A stretch of DNA of 63,940 nucleotides, filler included, from Octopus bimaculoides (GCF_001194135.2; 6 parts of 6 records of this genome joined end to end with filler, not necessarily neighbours in it); one strand, 5' to 3'. Positions 46,836-59,845 are shown, numbered from the whole stretch's first letter. Numbers and translations: made by a program. Notes: generated by a model from the letters alone, not told the origin.

Positions 46836-46872
46836 TCTTTCTGTTGAAGAGCGTAGCTCGAAACGTCAAAGA
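46836..46872 (+). ncRNA. Candidate minimal type I hammerhead ribozyme in repeat family H (element ~46775-46950)
   Basis: TCTTT-CTGTTGA-A-GAGC-GTA-GCTC-GAAA-C-GTC-AAAGA; GUC triplet, ACGT palindromic helix III; predicted cut after C46867. Confidence 0.62.
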
Positions 46873-47663
46873 CTTTCCGTATTCCCGAGCGTCATACTAA
46901 TACATCCTTTTGTTATTTACACCACCTGTCCTCGTCTGTTGTTGCTTTTTCGTACATTCTCCCACATATATATGTGTATGTGTGTGTGTATTTAAATACA
47001 TACATGTGCATATTTAAGGGTACATATCCGTGTGTATAAGTGTATATATGCGTGTCTGTATCTTTGCATATCTATGATGTGAGTGTGCGTTTGTAAGTTA
47101 CTTTACGCTCATTACTTTACGATCGTTGCTGTAAGGTTTCACTTTTTCTAGTTTGTCTAGCTCCGTGGTCATCGTTCTTACGAGCTATTCTGAATAACGA
47201 ATGGCTGCTACATAGTTCAAAGTTAGGTAAAGATCACTGTCCATGGATACAAACCGTATAAAGCAAAATCATTATAGGATGTGCATTAACAATTTAACTG
47301 CATAAAGATATATTAATATTGTGGTTTAATCTGCAGGTTACTTTAGATATAAACTGCCAGATATTTTTCTTTAGGGTGAATATTCTCACATTTTCACAAA
47401 GCACACGTATACAGGAAGATCTTCAATAGAAATTGTATCCAAGTTACTTATTCCACCATTGAGAATTACTCGATATCTTCAGTTAGAATCAACAATAATA
47501 AGTCCATGACCACAACGACCACCGTCAATACTACAAAATGTAATTTCACTACTGCAATATCATGTTCTTGCATTGAAAATTGTTTAGCTTGTTCTATAAT
47601 ATACATCCCAACTATGTTGACAAACAACGACTCCACAGTAAACTATTACAAATGTGTAACGGT

Positions 47664-47968
47664 GAACCCTTTCAAGTCTGAATATACCTAACAAAGGTAT
47701 ACATTTAGCATGCCAGCCAGAAAATTGAACACTGCACTTTTTCCAGATATTTTGCAAATTTAAACTCTAGAAACACGGGTTTGTATATAGAATGAGAAAT
47801 TCTTGACTTTTCAAGGGTTTATAACCAATGGAAAAACATTTGTCAGTTTTGTTCATCTAAGACAAATCGGTTAGGTACCATAATGAGAAACAACGTAAAT
47901 CGTTAATCAAAATTTGTTTAACGTTAGAAAGCACAATTCTGGTTCACCTTAATTTAAAACTGAACGGG
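47664..47968. mobile_element. Possible piggyBac-like MITE
   Basis: Left GAACCCTTTCAAGT and right ACTGAACGGGTAAA are degraded inverted TTAA-CCC-type ends. Confidence 0.35.
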
Positions 47969-47984
47969 TAAAGATTTTTTCGCT

Positions 47985-48180
47985 TGTCAAGCGATGGAAG
48001 GGGACAAGCCCCCCCCCACACACACACACAAGTACACAAACACATTTACTTATATATACATACATGTGACAGACTTTCACACAGTTTTTGTCTACCAAAT
48101 TCCCTCACAAGACATTGGTCGCCCCGGAGCAATAGAAGAGACTTATTCAAAGTGCCGCACAATGGGACTGAACCCTGAAC
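47985..48180 (-). mobile_element. SINE AB copy (tail end + CA/TA microsatellite + head)
   Basis: TGTCAAGCGATGGAAGGGGACAAG-(CA)-...CTACCAAATT...GGGACTGAACCC. Confidence 0.75.
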
Positions 48181-48263
48181 CACACAGGCAAGTGCTGGTG
48201 TCGATGTAATCGACTTGTTCCCTACGACTAAAAACTGCTGGTCTTGTGCCTATAGTAGAAAAG

Positions 48264-48264
<1 letters not shown>

Positions 48265-48319
<55 letters not shown>

Positions 48320-48320
48320 C

Positions 48321-48361
<41 letters not shown>

Positions 48362-48362
48362 T

Positions 48363-48459
<97 letters not shown>
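48265..48459. repeat. (AAT)n followed by (TTA)n, ending in an 84-bp perfect AT palindrome
   Basis: (TAA)14 at 48376-48417 abuts (TTA)14 at 48418-48459; the array starts at a SINE D tail (GGTCTTGTGCCTATAGTAGAAAAGA). Confidence 0.9.
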
Positions 48460-48460
<1 letters not shown>

Positions 48461-49852
48461 AATTGAATGTTACTTGCATAAGTAAACGTTTGACAGGGCT
48501 CCTGTGACGAAAGGAATTTTACGATTACTTAATGAAAATATTTTTAACATCTTTGTTTTTTCTTTATATTTGTCGTGAAGTACTTACAGAAATGTTTGAA
48601 CTGCCGAGTTATTTAGACTCCACCCCATTCTGGGGGTAAATTAAAGGTCAGTTCTTTAAATTTCTAGTATGCAGTCATTTGTGTTTTTTTTCTTCTCTCG
48701 ACATGGTGTCTTCATTGGTTGTGGTTCTTTCCACAATGACGGTACAAGCCTCGATGGTGAAAATAAAATTATAAATTAAAACAACGCTTTCAAGCGCTTT
48801 TTTTGCAGCAAAGCAAATTCTTACATGTTTTGAGGGTAAAAAATATACAGACGATGTGACCGATAGACAAAGAGAGATGCGAACACAAACAGTTGCACCT
48901 TACAAGAAAATGAACGTTGCACTTTAGCAAAAAGTTATTGGGGAAAACAGGACTGGCGTTAGGAAGTGCAAAGCCCAATCAGATAATTTTCCGTAGGACT
49001 ATTTTCTCTACGAAAGGTGAAGATCGATGTTTTATGTTTCGTGTAGTACGCCAGACCCAGCCAAAATACATTGAGGGCCTGAGACTCCGCCATTAGCCAC
49101 AACGATATACTAAAAAATCGTCGTAGGGTCGGCCCTCCGCTCGAGCATGTACTCAGAGTCTTCTCTTGGCGTGGGGCCCAATTTGAATACATCTGATCTA
49201 ATTGGCTTAAAACCGGCCCTGGGTGAAAATAATATATTGAATGATACAAAAATATGAACGAACGGAGAAACAGGTAGATGGCAGCGGAGACACCGCTGAT
49301 ACCCTTAAAGAGACTAACACATAATAATAACACAAAGAGTATAAACACCAACAATAAAATGAACAAAAGGGTCATTTTTGCTAGCGTTGTGGATCACAAA
49401 GAAATATAGAATATGCGTCAACTTCCTAAAAAGAAGATATTGTGGAGGAAGTGCATAACAAAATGATGTGCTTCTTTGCCCGATGAAGCAAGCCAAAGGG
49501 AAATCCTGCGTATTGGTAAATTTTTGACAAAGATAGAAAAATGGAAGAGGTATGTCATTAAATGATTTCTCCACCATCTTTGCCCCGTTAATCTTTCCAA
49601 CAAATAGCAACAAGGAGATATGCCTCAGTTAAAAAGAAATACGAAGGTTATTCCATATATTCTCGGAATAAGAATTAGAAGAAGTCTTGGCCGATGTATG
49701 GAAGAAAGTGCTTTCTCCCCGACCAGGACGGAGTATATAGAAATGTGTTCTTCCATATACTATGGAAAGATACAATACCGTGCTGTGGTTGGCAAGCCAA
49801 TCAGACTAGTGGTGATAGGGTCGGAGGCCAAGTTTCATGTCTCCTTACGCAC

Positions 49853-49901
<49 letters not shown>

Positions 49902-49903
49902 GC

Positions 49904-49942
<39 letters not shown>

Positions 49943-50200
49943 GAGAGAGAAACAGCGAGAAAGAAAGAAGTGTATATAATGTATATGTGTATGTGAAATC
50001 TATGTGTGTGTTTAGATATGCGTATCTTTACAGTTTATGTGTAAAAACACTAAAGTGCAAAACAATATGTAGGCCCTGATATACGCTATGTGTATGCATT
50101 TATGTATGTATGTGTGTATGTATACACAGCTACATGCACGTGCATATATATACGCGTGTGTGTGTTTGTATCTATGTATACACAGCCAGAAGCACGTGTG

Positions 50201-50253
<53 letters not shown>

Positions 50254-50845
50254 GTTGACGGTACGTGTTGCATGTGTGTGTCTGTATATGCGCGCGCGCG
50301 TACGTGTGTGCATGTGCGCGTGTACGTGTGTGTCTGTGTGTGTGTGTGCAACCTTTTATTTGGGCGTTATTTCTCAGATGTTAAAAACAAGATTACCATT
50401 ATCTCGTCGACTACAAAAAGAAGAAAAAAAAACAACTTCTTTTTTGTCTATCTTAACATTGAGGTAGAATTTGTGATGTCTGGATATCTATGTCTGTCTA
50501 TATGTACGTAGAGCTGGTGAGCATGTGATCGTGTACTGTGCCTCTATGTTTATAGTTGTGTTTGTGTGTGTGTGTGTGTGTGTGTTAAGACGAAGAAGAA
50601 TGAACTGTTAAAATATACTAAGAAGCCTGTCTGATTAAAACACGTACACTGGAGCGTTGTACTCTTTGATGGATAACAACATTAAAAACACCAGTAAAAG
50701 TAATTCTAAGATAATTAATAAAATATAATTATTAATTATAGATGTTTGTTTCAAAATTTGGCAAAAGGCCAGTAGTCTTAGAGGAGGGATTAAGTCAATC
50801 ACATTGATACCAGTGTTCAACTGGTACCACATTGTTCCAGTTTCA

Positions 50846-50885
<40 letters not shown>

Positions 50886-50955
50886 CGTTTTGGGATTTGG
50901 TTTGCAAGATTTTTTATGTGATTTCGTGTGTTGAAGCATATTCTGNNNNNNNNNN

Positions 50956-51007
<52 letters not shown>

Positions 51008-51359
51008 TGTATGTATATATATATACCGGTTATCGTTCAGTGTATAATAATACAAATCGTTAGATATCAGGAATAATAACATTCGATCTGTATTGTAAGT
51101 AGTGTAAACGTAACTTGCGATAATTTATTTTACTGGATCTCTAAGTTTACCAGAAATCAATGCAAGTAATGTCATCGACCTTTTTCTATTGAGTTGTGAT
51201 CACGAGGAAGCTATTGAATGGTGGAAAAGTTATGGGCTTCTTTACTTGCTGAGTAAAAAGATAAAAACAAAATTGCCATAAATTTTCATTATGATAATAC
51301 CTTTGTAAATGTATCTCAGAAAATGGAGTCGAAATGATGAGGAAAGCACTATTTTTTTA

Positions 51360-51570
51360 TCTTTTAGTTGTTGAAATCATTAGATTGCGGCCATGCCGAG
51401 GCACTGTCTTGAGAAGGTTTTAGTGGAATGAATCAACCGAAGGACTTTTAATTTCTTTAAGCCAAGTGCTTATTCTAGCAGTCTATTTTTTGTCAGACCG
51501 CTAAATTACGGGAAGTAATCACATTAACACCGGTTATCAAGCGATGGCGGCTGACAAACACAAACACAGA
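51360..51570 (-). mobile_element. SINE AB tail segment
   Basis: GATTGCGGCCATGCCG...CACCGGTTATCAAGCGATGGCGG. Confidence 0.7.
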
Positions 51571-51580
51571 CACACACAGA

Positions 51581-52080
51581 AGGTGCAGTGAGTAAATTGT
51601 CGTCTACATTACGCAAGAATGAAAATAACATCAACATCTAATTTTAACAGATATATCTACCAAAATTATATAAAAATTTCTTGAAATACTAAAGAGCAAA
51701 TTTATTCAATAAAATCGCCACTGGCTTCAACCACGGCCTCCAGATGACTTTGGAATCTCCTGCAACTCTTCTGGATGGTCTCTTTGTTTAAGTTGGCGAA
51801 TGCTGCCATAATCCTTGCCTTCAGTTCATCTTTGGTGTTACAAGAAGTTTTGTTGGTCTCTCGCTCAACTGCAAGATAATCAACGGCGTTGCAGTCTGGG
51901 GAGTTAGGTGGTCAGATGTTGGGGGTGATATGGTCTCAGAAATTGTCTGACAGCCATGACTTGGTCCTCCTAGTTGTGTGGCATGGTGCAGAGTCCTGTT
52001 GCCAGACATAGGGTCTTCCAGCAACCACTCTCTCGACCTAGGGCAGCACTACCTCGTCCATGCATTTGATGTAGGCCTCC
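51581..52080 (-). mobile_element. maT (DD37D) transposase C-terminal pseudogene fragment with 3' TIR
   Basis: Minus strand GRPYVWQQDSAPCHTTRRTKSWLSDNF*DHITPNI*PPNSPDCNAVDY: 37 codons between the second and third Asp. Confidence 0.9.
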
Positions 52081-52084
52081 ATGT

Positions 52085-52332
52085 TGAATGTGGAATTGAA
52101 CCCTGAACTATGTGGTTGGGAAGCATGCTTCTTACTACACATCCACACCTACGCCTATGTATGAATGTATGTATGTATGTATGCATATAAATCAATTTAT
52201 GTATATATGTATATATACATACATACATGCACACATATACACAGTAGAAGACACTTGCCTAACGTGCTACGCAGTGGAACTGAACCCGGAACCATGTGGT
52301 TGGGAAGCAAGCTTCTTACCACACAGCCACGC
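52085..52332 (-). mobile_element. Two tandem SINE AB heads separated by microsatellite
   Basis: GAACCCTGAACTATGTGGTTGGGAAGC at ~52098 and GAACCCGGAACCATGTGGTTGGGAAGCAAGCTTCTTACCACACAGCCAC at ~52282. Confidence 0.8.
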
Positions 52333-52977
52333 CATCTATATTTTATGTTCCTTTTGGATTTCAGAATGACTGATAGGTAATGTTGTTGTTATTGGTGTTG
52401 TTGTTTAGCAGTAGATTTTTTTTTAGATTTGTGTAAAAATATAAAGGTTGAATTAAGGTCTATATGCAGGTAGACATGTACTAAATGAGATACGTGAGTT
52501 TGAATGGCATCCAGGCAACTTCGAAACAGGAGCTCAGGCACCGACATACGCACATACACACACACACACAAGCGTATGCACAGACGCACACACTCACCCA
52601 CACTCGCACAAAGAAAATGGTTTGAAGAAGACTTGGCGAGTTCTTATCGGAAATGTAACCTACACATAAAAACGGTAAGACCCCCAAGCAATCTCCACGT
52701 ACAAGTACACATACATATATACATATATGACATATATGTGTATATATTCATACATATATATACATGTGTATATACACATACAATATCATGTGCATATAGA
52801 TATGTATATATGTATACGTATTTTTGACAGTATATGCATGTAGTTGTGAATGTATATATATACATATACATATAAATATTTATATGCATATAAATGAATG
52901 AATGTATATATGCATACACACACATAACCATACACACACACATATACATATATGTACATGTATATGTATATGTATAT

Positions 52978-53009
<32 letters not shown>

Positions 53010-53109
53010 NNNNNNNNNNNNNNNNNNNNNNNNNNNNNNNNNNNNNNNNNNNNTTAATTAATTAANNNNNNNNNNNNNNNNNNNNNNNNNNNNNNNNNNN
53101 NNNNNNNNN
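53010..53109. other. Artificial scaffold-joining linker
   Basis: 44N + TTAATTAATTAA (53054-53065) + 44N. Confidence 0.97.
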
Positions 53110-53208
53110 CTACGAATCAATAGTGGGCTGACACAGTCAGTAATGTCAATCGGCGAAGGTATGCCGTTCGGACCTGTCCCGTGGAGACAACAAACTAGGT
53201 TGTCATCG

Positions 53209-53342
53209 TGGGAAATATCAGTATCGACGAGGGTTCGGACAATATCGCTACTGGGAAATATCGGTAGCGACGAGAGTTCGGACAATATTGCCACTGGGAT
53301 ATAGCCGTGGTGATGAGGGTTCGTACAATATCGCCACTGGGA
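53209..53342 (+). repeat. 43-bp minisatellite, three copies
   Basis: Units at 53209, 53252, 53295: TGGGA.ATAT..GT..GACGAGGGTTCGGACAATATCGC.AC. Confidence 0.9.
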
Positions 53343-54102
53343 CGTAAGAGTCCCACACCACGGTACCTAGTGCAAGTGACTCTTATATAGCTCCGGGACG
53401 ACCGATGTCTTGTGAGTAACGACGGCAGACGAAAACTGTGTGGAAGCCGGTCGTATAGGTATATACACATCACTATATATATATTTAAATGTCTTTCCGT
53501 TTGCACCCCACCCCACAGTTTTACAATGGTGTTATTCTTCTTACGCTCCCACCGATGAGACATCAACTGAGATAGAACAAGTAACAAGCAGGAAAATATC
53601 TTCTAGTATAGAGGTGTTCAATTAAAGCCTTTGAAGTGCTGCCCCAGTATGGGCGCAGTTCTGTCAATGAAACATATAAAAGAAAAGACAAACAATGAAA
53701 GATATATACACAAACTTAAATGTGTGTATATCTTTTATATATACATGCTTAAACGCAGCGTAATGAAAAGCACGCATGCGTCCACCTAATCCGTCCAACA
53801 ATCCATATTCACGTAAATACATACATATATATATACACATACAAGCTTACATAATACATACATACGTCCACACACATACTTACGTACATATAGACATAGA
53901 TACATGGATATGTACGTATNNNNNNNNNNNNNNNNNNNNNNNNNNNNNNNNNNNNNNNNNNNNNNNNNNNNNNNNNNNNNNNNNNNNNNNNNNNNNNNNN
54001 NNNNNNNNNNNNNNNNNNNTCTGGTGTATTTACGTATGCGCTATAGCTGTATACGTATATACATAGATATAGGCATACGTGTGTACGTACATGCATATAT
54101 AC

Positions 54103-54144
<42 letters not shown>

Positions 54145-54246
54145 NNNNNNNNNNNNNNNNNNNNNNNNNNNNNNNNNNNNNNNNNNNNNNNNNNNNNNNN
54201 NNNNNNNNNNNNNNNNNNNNNNNNNNNNNNNNNNNNNNNNNNNNNN

Positions 54247-54287
<41 letters not shown>

Positions 54288-54758
54288 ATAAAAATGTATG
54301 CGCATTTTCACATTGCTTTCCATTCCATTTTCAGCGTTTATCCTCGTCTACCTTTTCTCTCTATCTGTTAAATATTTAATAAGTCGGCTATTATATGGAT
54401 ACCGTAGTAATTATGGCTTATAAACGTGCTTCATTATTACACATTGATGTTGAAAGAAATAAGAAGATAAATAAATAAATGGCCGCTCTAATACATTAAA
54501 CTAACAGTCCTTGTCGGTACTTGTTAGCAAGAAAGAGTAAGCTTGTTAATGGCACTGTGATGGGTACGGCCAGGAAACCCTTGGGAGTAAAAATGGTGGT
54601 CCCTGATATAATTATCTTAATATACGTACAATAAAAAATACACCCTTTCCAAAATATCGATTTGATCATCAATTTGTATGTATTATACATACACACATAC
54701 ATACATACATACACATATCTATGAACCTATTCATACATACACACACAGACACACACAC

Positions 54759-54814
<56 letters not shown>

Positions 54815-54981
54815 NNNNNNNNNNNNNNNNNNNNNNNNNNNNNNNNNNNNNNNNNNNNNNNNNNNNNNNNNNNNNNNNNNNNNNNNNNNNNNNNNNNNNN
54901 NNNNNNNNNNNNNNNNNNNNNNNNNNNNNNNNNNNNNNNNNNNNNNNNNNNNNNNNNNNACACACACACACACACACACAT

Positions 54982-55024
<43 letters not shown>

Positions 55025-55380
55025 ATATACATGTGTTGTGGTGTCTCTATATCTGCCCGTGCGCGTATTAGCGAATGTGTATATGTATGCGTTCTCAGTT
55101 TACTATTTTGCATGCAGACATGAACATAATAAATATAAAAAAATATATATAGACACAATAACGATTATATGTGCCTCAAAAATATATGTGTGAAGCGTTT
55201 GTATGTCTCTCGACGTTTATGTGTTTGCTGAAGTATTATATATTCATATAATATATGAATTCTCATTCATAGAATTATATTCTCCTATTGAGTTTTTCAT
55301 TTACGGTTTGTTTCATATATTGCTGTTCAGAGTATATATAATATGAAAAACATAGGTACACTTACTTGTGTAAATGTGTT

Positions 55381-55420
<40 letters not shown>

Positions 55421-55430
55421 NNNNNNNNNN

Positions 55431-55596
55431 ATACGACGGGCTTCTTTCAGTTTCCGTCTACCAGATCCACTCAGAAGGCTGTGGTCTGCCCTAGACCAAA
55501 GCAGAAGACACTTGCCCAAGGTGCCACACAGTGGGACTGACCCCGGAAGCATGTGGTTGGTAAGCAAGCTACTTAGCACACAGCCGCTCCTGCGCC

Positions 55597-55600
<4 letters not shown>
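55431..55600 (-). mobile_element. SINE AB head/CORE segment
   Basis: ATACGACGGGCTTCTTTCAGTTTCCGTCTACC...CACTTGCCCAAGGTGCC...ACACAGCC. Confidence 0.9.
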
Positions 55601-55642
<42 letters not shown>

Positions 55643-55754
55643 CACACACGGACTCACACACACATATACATACATATATACACGTATTCGCACACACACA
55701 CATATAAAACTAACGACTACGGAAAATATTCTAGTATATTCATTTCTACTTTAT

Positions 55755-55912
55755 GCATAGGTCCTAAAATTCGAGGGAGGGGTTAAAATGATTACATCGG
55801 CCCCAGAACACAACTGTGATATACTTTATAGAACCCGATTGGGATGAAAGATTGACCCAAGTCCGCTAAGCATTTTGTCCGGTGTGTTAACGATTCTGCC
55901 AGCTCGCTGCCT
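55755..55912 (-). mobile_element. SINE family D, internally deleted
   Basis: GCTAAGCATTTTGTCCGGTGTGTTAACGATTCTGCCAGCTCGC. Confidence 0.75.
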
Positions 55913-56467
55913 CTGAATTGGAAAATATAACAAAGAGAAATATAATTTTTTTTTTTTTTTGAAGTATTGAACCCCACAGCTTAGTTTGGCTTACCTCATC
56001 ATCTCCACTCCAAAGTTTTAACATGACCTATCTATGTTTATTTAAATTTGCAGTTTAATATGCTATGATGTGGGTAATTATGTTGGACTGAGACGGTGAA
56101 GAAGAAAGTAATGATACCCTCTCGCCGGTAAAAAATGATAACCTTAGTGGCAGATAAATGACATGACGGCGGTGACGAGATTGAGTACAGAGGTTAGGTG
56201 AATTGTTATGGTGTAGGATCTGGAGAATAAGGGGTGGTAAAAATGTGTCGTGCCATCTGTTGAGAGAGGATGGACAATTACGAGGTCACCGAGATCAGTT
56301 TTGAATAGATCTGTTGCTTATCTTGTTGAGCTTTTTGTTCTTGTAGATGCTAAGAATACCTGAAGGTAATAAGAAATATGGGTTTCCCATAAGGTTTTTT
56401 TTTGTTCAGCCGATCTATTACTGGAAAGTATAACAGATTTGGCAGCGAAGTCAATCATTGGAGTATC

Positions 56468-56505
<38 letters not shown>

Positions 56506-56604
56506 TGTCTGGGTGAGGCTCACCTAGATATTAACCTATTTATCAACACCATTCTCTGTTCATTTTATGCCCTTGTAGGCATAGGACAGGCTTTTAAAAT
56601 CTTT

Positions 56605-56730
56605 TAACTATTACTTGTTTCAGTCATGATAATGCGACCATGCTGGGGCACCGCCTTGCTTGGTCACCGCCTTGCTTGGTCACCGCCTTGTAGAATGTTT
56701 AGTCGAATGAATCGACTACCGTAATTTATT
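56605..56730 (-). mobile_element. SINE AB tail with a 16-bp internal tandem repeat
   Basis: CACCGCCTTGCTTGGT twice plus a partial copy at 56649-56690. Confidence 0.8.
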
Positions 56731-57722
56731 TTCTAATTTCTTGAAATACTTCCTTCTTATTCTGAATCATCAACTATTCTAATTCTTTATTTTCTTTCCC
56801 CTGCCAGTGAGATTTTAGCAGAAAAAAATATCGTTATGTATGCCAATAAATTCTTACCTGAGGCGTATTTGACTCGTAAATTCATGTCAATGACTTCTTT
56901 GAATTTTTGTTGTTAGGTTAGTTAGCGGTATTTATACAAATACCTCTGACAAAAATAAACTGTCTCCACTCTTCCTTGGTGTGTTAAATTGCCCATACGG
57001 CGGTCTGGAGATGAAAATATCAGTGCTGTGCTAACGATGTATAAATGAAGACGAAACACGTCCTTTGCTGTGCAGTCCTTTTTATGTGAGACAAAAATCA
57101 AAATAAATAAGCGAGAGATTTTTCAGTTCTTGAAATCATCTCCACTTCTCATTCAGACGTGCTAAAAATTATCGTCAGTTCTTTATTATTTCTCTCAGCT
57201 GCCCTGATGAAAATTTTACCAAATTAACAATTTATTGTGTACAGCAAACATTAGAACAAACTATCAACTCTCCCTCTAATTCTCTTTCTCTCACTTTCTC
57301 CCCCCTCTCTCTCTCTTTCTCTCTCCCACACACACAAACATACACACATGCACACACACACATTTGCAAATATATTATCTATAATATGTCTACAATCTGT
57401 ACACCGATCATATACGACTAAACAGATAGGCGTAGTCTATACATAGCAATTCATATACACGCATTCGTCATTTCTCTGACAGCAAAGGCAGAATAAAAGG
57501 ATAAATTGATATAACTAATACATAAAATATGACAAAAATCCTATCAAAGCATTAATGGGGGAGAAAGGATTTTGTGTCTCAATTAGTTTTGTTACAAACG
57601 AAGTGTAAAAATGAAAATAGACGCAAAGAACAAAGCAAATTTAGAAATAATGCGCATATAAATATTTCTATCTGGCAATTTCTCTGTCTAATTTGTATGT
57701 ATACACACACACACACACACAT

Positions 57723-57788
<66 letters not shown>

Positions 57789-58056
57789 NNNNNNNNNNNN
57801 NNNNNNNNNNNNNNNNNNNNNNNNNNNNNNNNNNNNNNNNNNNNNNNNNNNNNNNNNNNNNNNNNNNNNNNNNNNNNNNNNNNNNNNNNNNNNNNNNNNN
57901 NNNNNNNNNNNNNNNNNNNNNNNNNNNNNNNNNNNNNNNNNNNNNNNNNNNNNNNNNNNNNNNNNNNNNNNNNNNNNNNNNNNNNNNNNNNNNNNNNNNN
58001 NNNNNNNNNNNNNNNNNNNNNNNNNNNNNNNNNNNNNNNNNNNNNNNNNNNNNNNN

Positions 58057-58098
<42 letters not shown>

Positions 58099-58129
58099 TG
58101 TGTGCGTATAAATGAATGTGTGTGTCTCT

Positions 58130-58270
58130 GTGGGTGTCTGCTTCTCCTCCCATCAGCGCTTGACAACCGGTGTTGGTGTGATTATGCCCTCGTAACTTAG
58201 TGATTCGGCAAAAGAGACCTACAGAATAAGTACTAGGCTTAAAAAATAAGTCTTGGTGTCAATTTGTTCG
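58130..58270 (+). mobile_element. SINE AB tail segment
   Basis: CATCAGCGCTTGACAACCGG...TTCGGCAAAAGAGACC..AGAATAAGTACTAGGCTT. Confidence 0.8.
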
Positions 58271-58699
58271 ACATTCTTTTCATGCTGGTAATTATTGTTA
58301 GATCGGTTTGTTGAGCCGCTAGGTTCCGGTGACGTAACCAAACCTACACTGGTTGTAAGTTGGTGGAGACTGAATACCGGAATGTACACACAGTCACACT
58401 CACTCACTCACTCACTCACTCACATAATCAATCAATCAGTCAATCAATCAATCATGCAGACAAAAATACGCGCACACGCACACAGACAGACAGGCAGGTA
58501 CGCACACACATTTACAGGAAGAGACTGACAGTCTAACAGTGACGTAGAGCAGCGGCCTCGTACCATTCGTTGGACCTCGTCATCATTGAGCGACCTCTTG
58601 TAAAAGAGAAACAAAAGTGTTTTCTAGAAAAAAGAAAAAAAGAATCTCCAGTTCAACGTTAACTGATTTGGAAATATATGTCTTGGAAATATATATGTA

Positions 58700-59110
58700 T
58701 CTCGGCATTCAGCAATCACGTCGATTACTCTGCTCCATTCTGAAAAGATCTCATTTTCGATAAGCTCTCGCAATGATAATCCAAACATGGATCATTCCAT
58801 ATCCCTTGGTGTGTTAGCCATTCGATGTTTTCCGATCTCCGTAGTAGCTTGCGATTCATTTCCTCATAACGGCTCCCGTAAGACGGTTCTATTCAAGATT
58901 CGGTCATGTATGGTCTGGCCCAGCTTTCCCTTAAGCATATTCTATTTTTAGTGGAGTAAACGCCCTTTACTTTGCTTTTACTCTCCCTTAGATTTCGGCA
59001 TCCGTGCCTCGGAGCATATTAACTTTAAGCCCTAAGTAGACGTCCTTCTTTACCTCCCCGATTTCACCGTTGGCAGTTTCCATCTGTCCTTGTGTAACAA
59101 TTTTGGTCCG
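58700..59110 (-). mobile_element. RTE-clade LINE RT C-terminal remnant
   Basis: Minus strand EVKKDVYLG...EI*GRVKAK*RAF...LNRTVL...SMFGLSLRELIENE (cf. RTE YVYLG..EI.RRI...AF..STVLP..SMLGISLREHIRNE). Confidence 0.7.
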
Positions 59111-59190
59111 GCTCAGTTATCTGTAACTGATCTATGATTTCGCAGTAAGGCACTACATCATCTGCGTATATATATATATATATACAGATA

Positions 59191-59845
59191 CAGGGTGCGT
59201 AAGGTATTTGAGGACAGGACATACCATTTTTTGGTCAGTGCTGCACTTTTTGCTACCTCTGTATAAGCTTTGTGTTAGAAAATAGTAATAGCAGACCCTC
59301 AGCTTACTCAAGAAATGAAGAGGCATTCTGTTATTGTGCTTATAAAGGCTGAACATAGTGATTTAGAAATATCTCGAGTTTTAAAAGTTACCAGATCATT
59401 CGTCTACAAAGTTTGTAAAGAGCTAGATACTAAAGATGGAAACGTATCACCAGTATCAAAGCATAAAAAAGCATTCTAAACGTCCGGAAATCATCAGAAC
59501 ACCTGAGTTTATCCAGAAGGTTCATCAGACCATTGATTACAATCCCGAAAAGTCCTTGGGGTCGATTGCAATGTATTTCCATGTCTGAGAAATATTGTCC
59601 ACGAAGACATCAGATATAAGCCTTTTATGATAAGAAAAGGTAAGATTGTCAGAAGAGCAAAAGAAAATCACTACATCAGGTCTAAAAGGCTCTTAAACAA
59701 ACTCAAAAATCCAGCAGAACAAGATTTGATTTGGCTTTTCTCAAACGAGAAAAACTTCGACAAGATCAAAAAGTTAACAGAAGAAATGACAGATGGTTAT
59801 GTGCAGACCTTTCTGAAGTTCCAAGTGTTATGCATACAAAATTTC
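59191..59845 (+). mobile_element. maT (DD37D)-type element 5' half, truncated at a SINE
   Basis: TA-CAGGGTG start; ATG 59315 MKRHSVIVLIKAEHSDLEISRVLKVTRSFVYKV...IIRTPEFI...FSNEKNF(DQ)DQKVNRRNDRWLC..SEVPSVMHTKF. Confidence 0.85.

Noticed and set aside
53209-53342. Regularly spaced partly palindromic repeats resembling a CRISPR array
   Set aside because: Units are contiguous with no unique spacers, there are no cas genes, and the context is eukaryotic.
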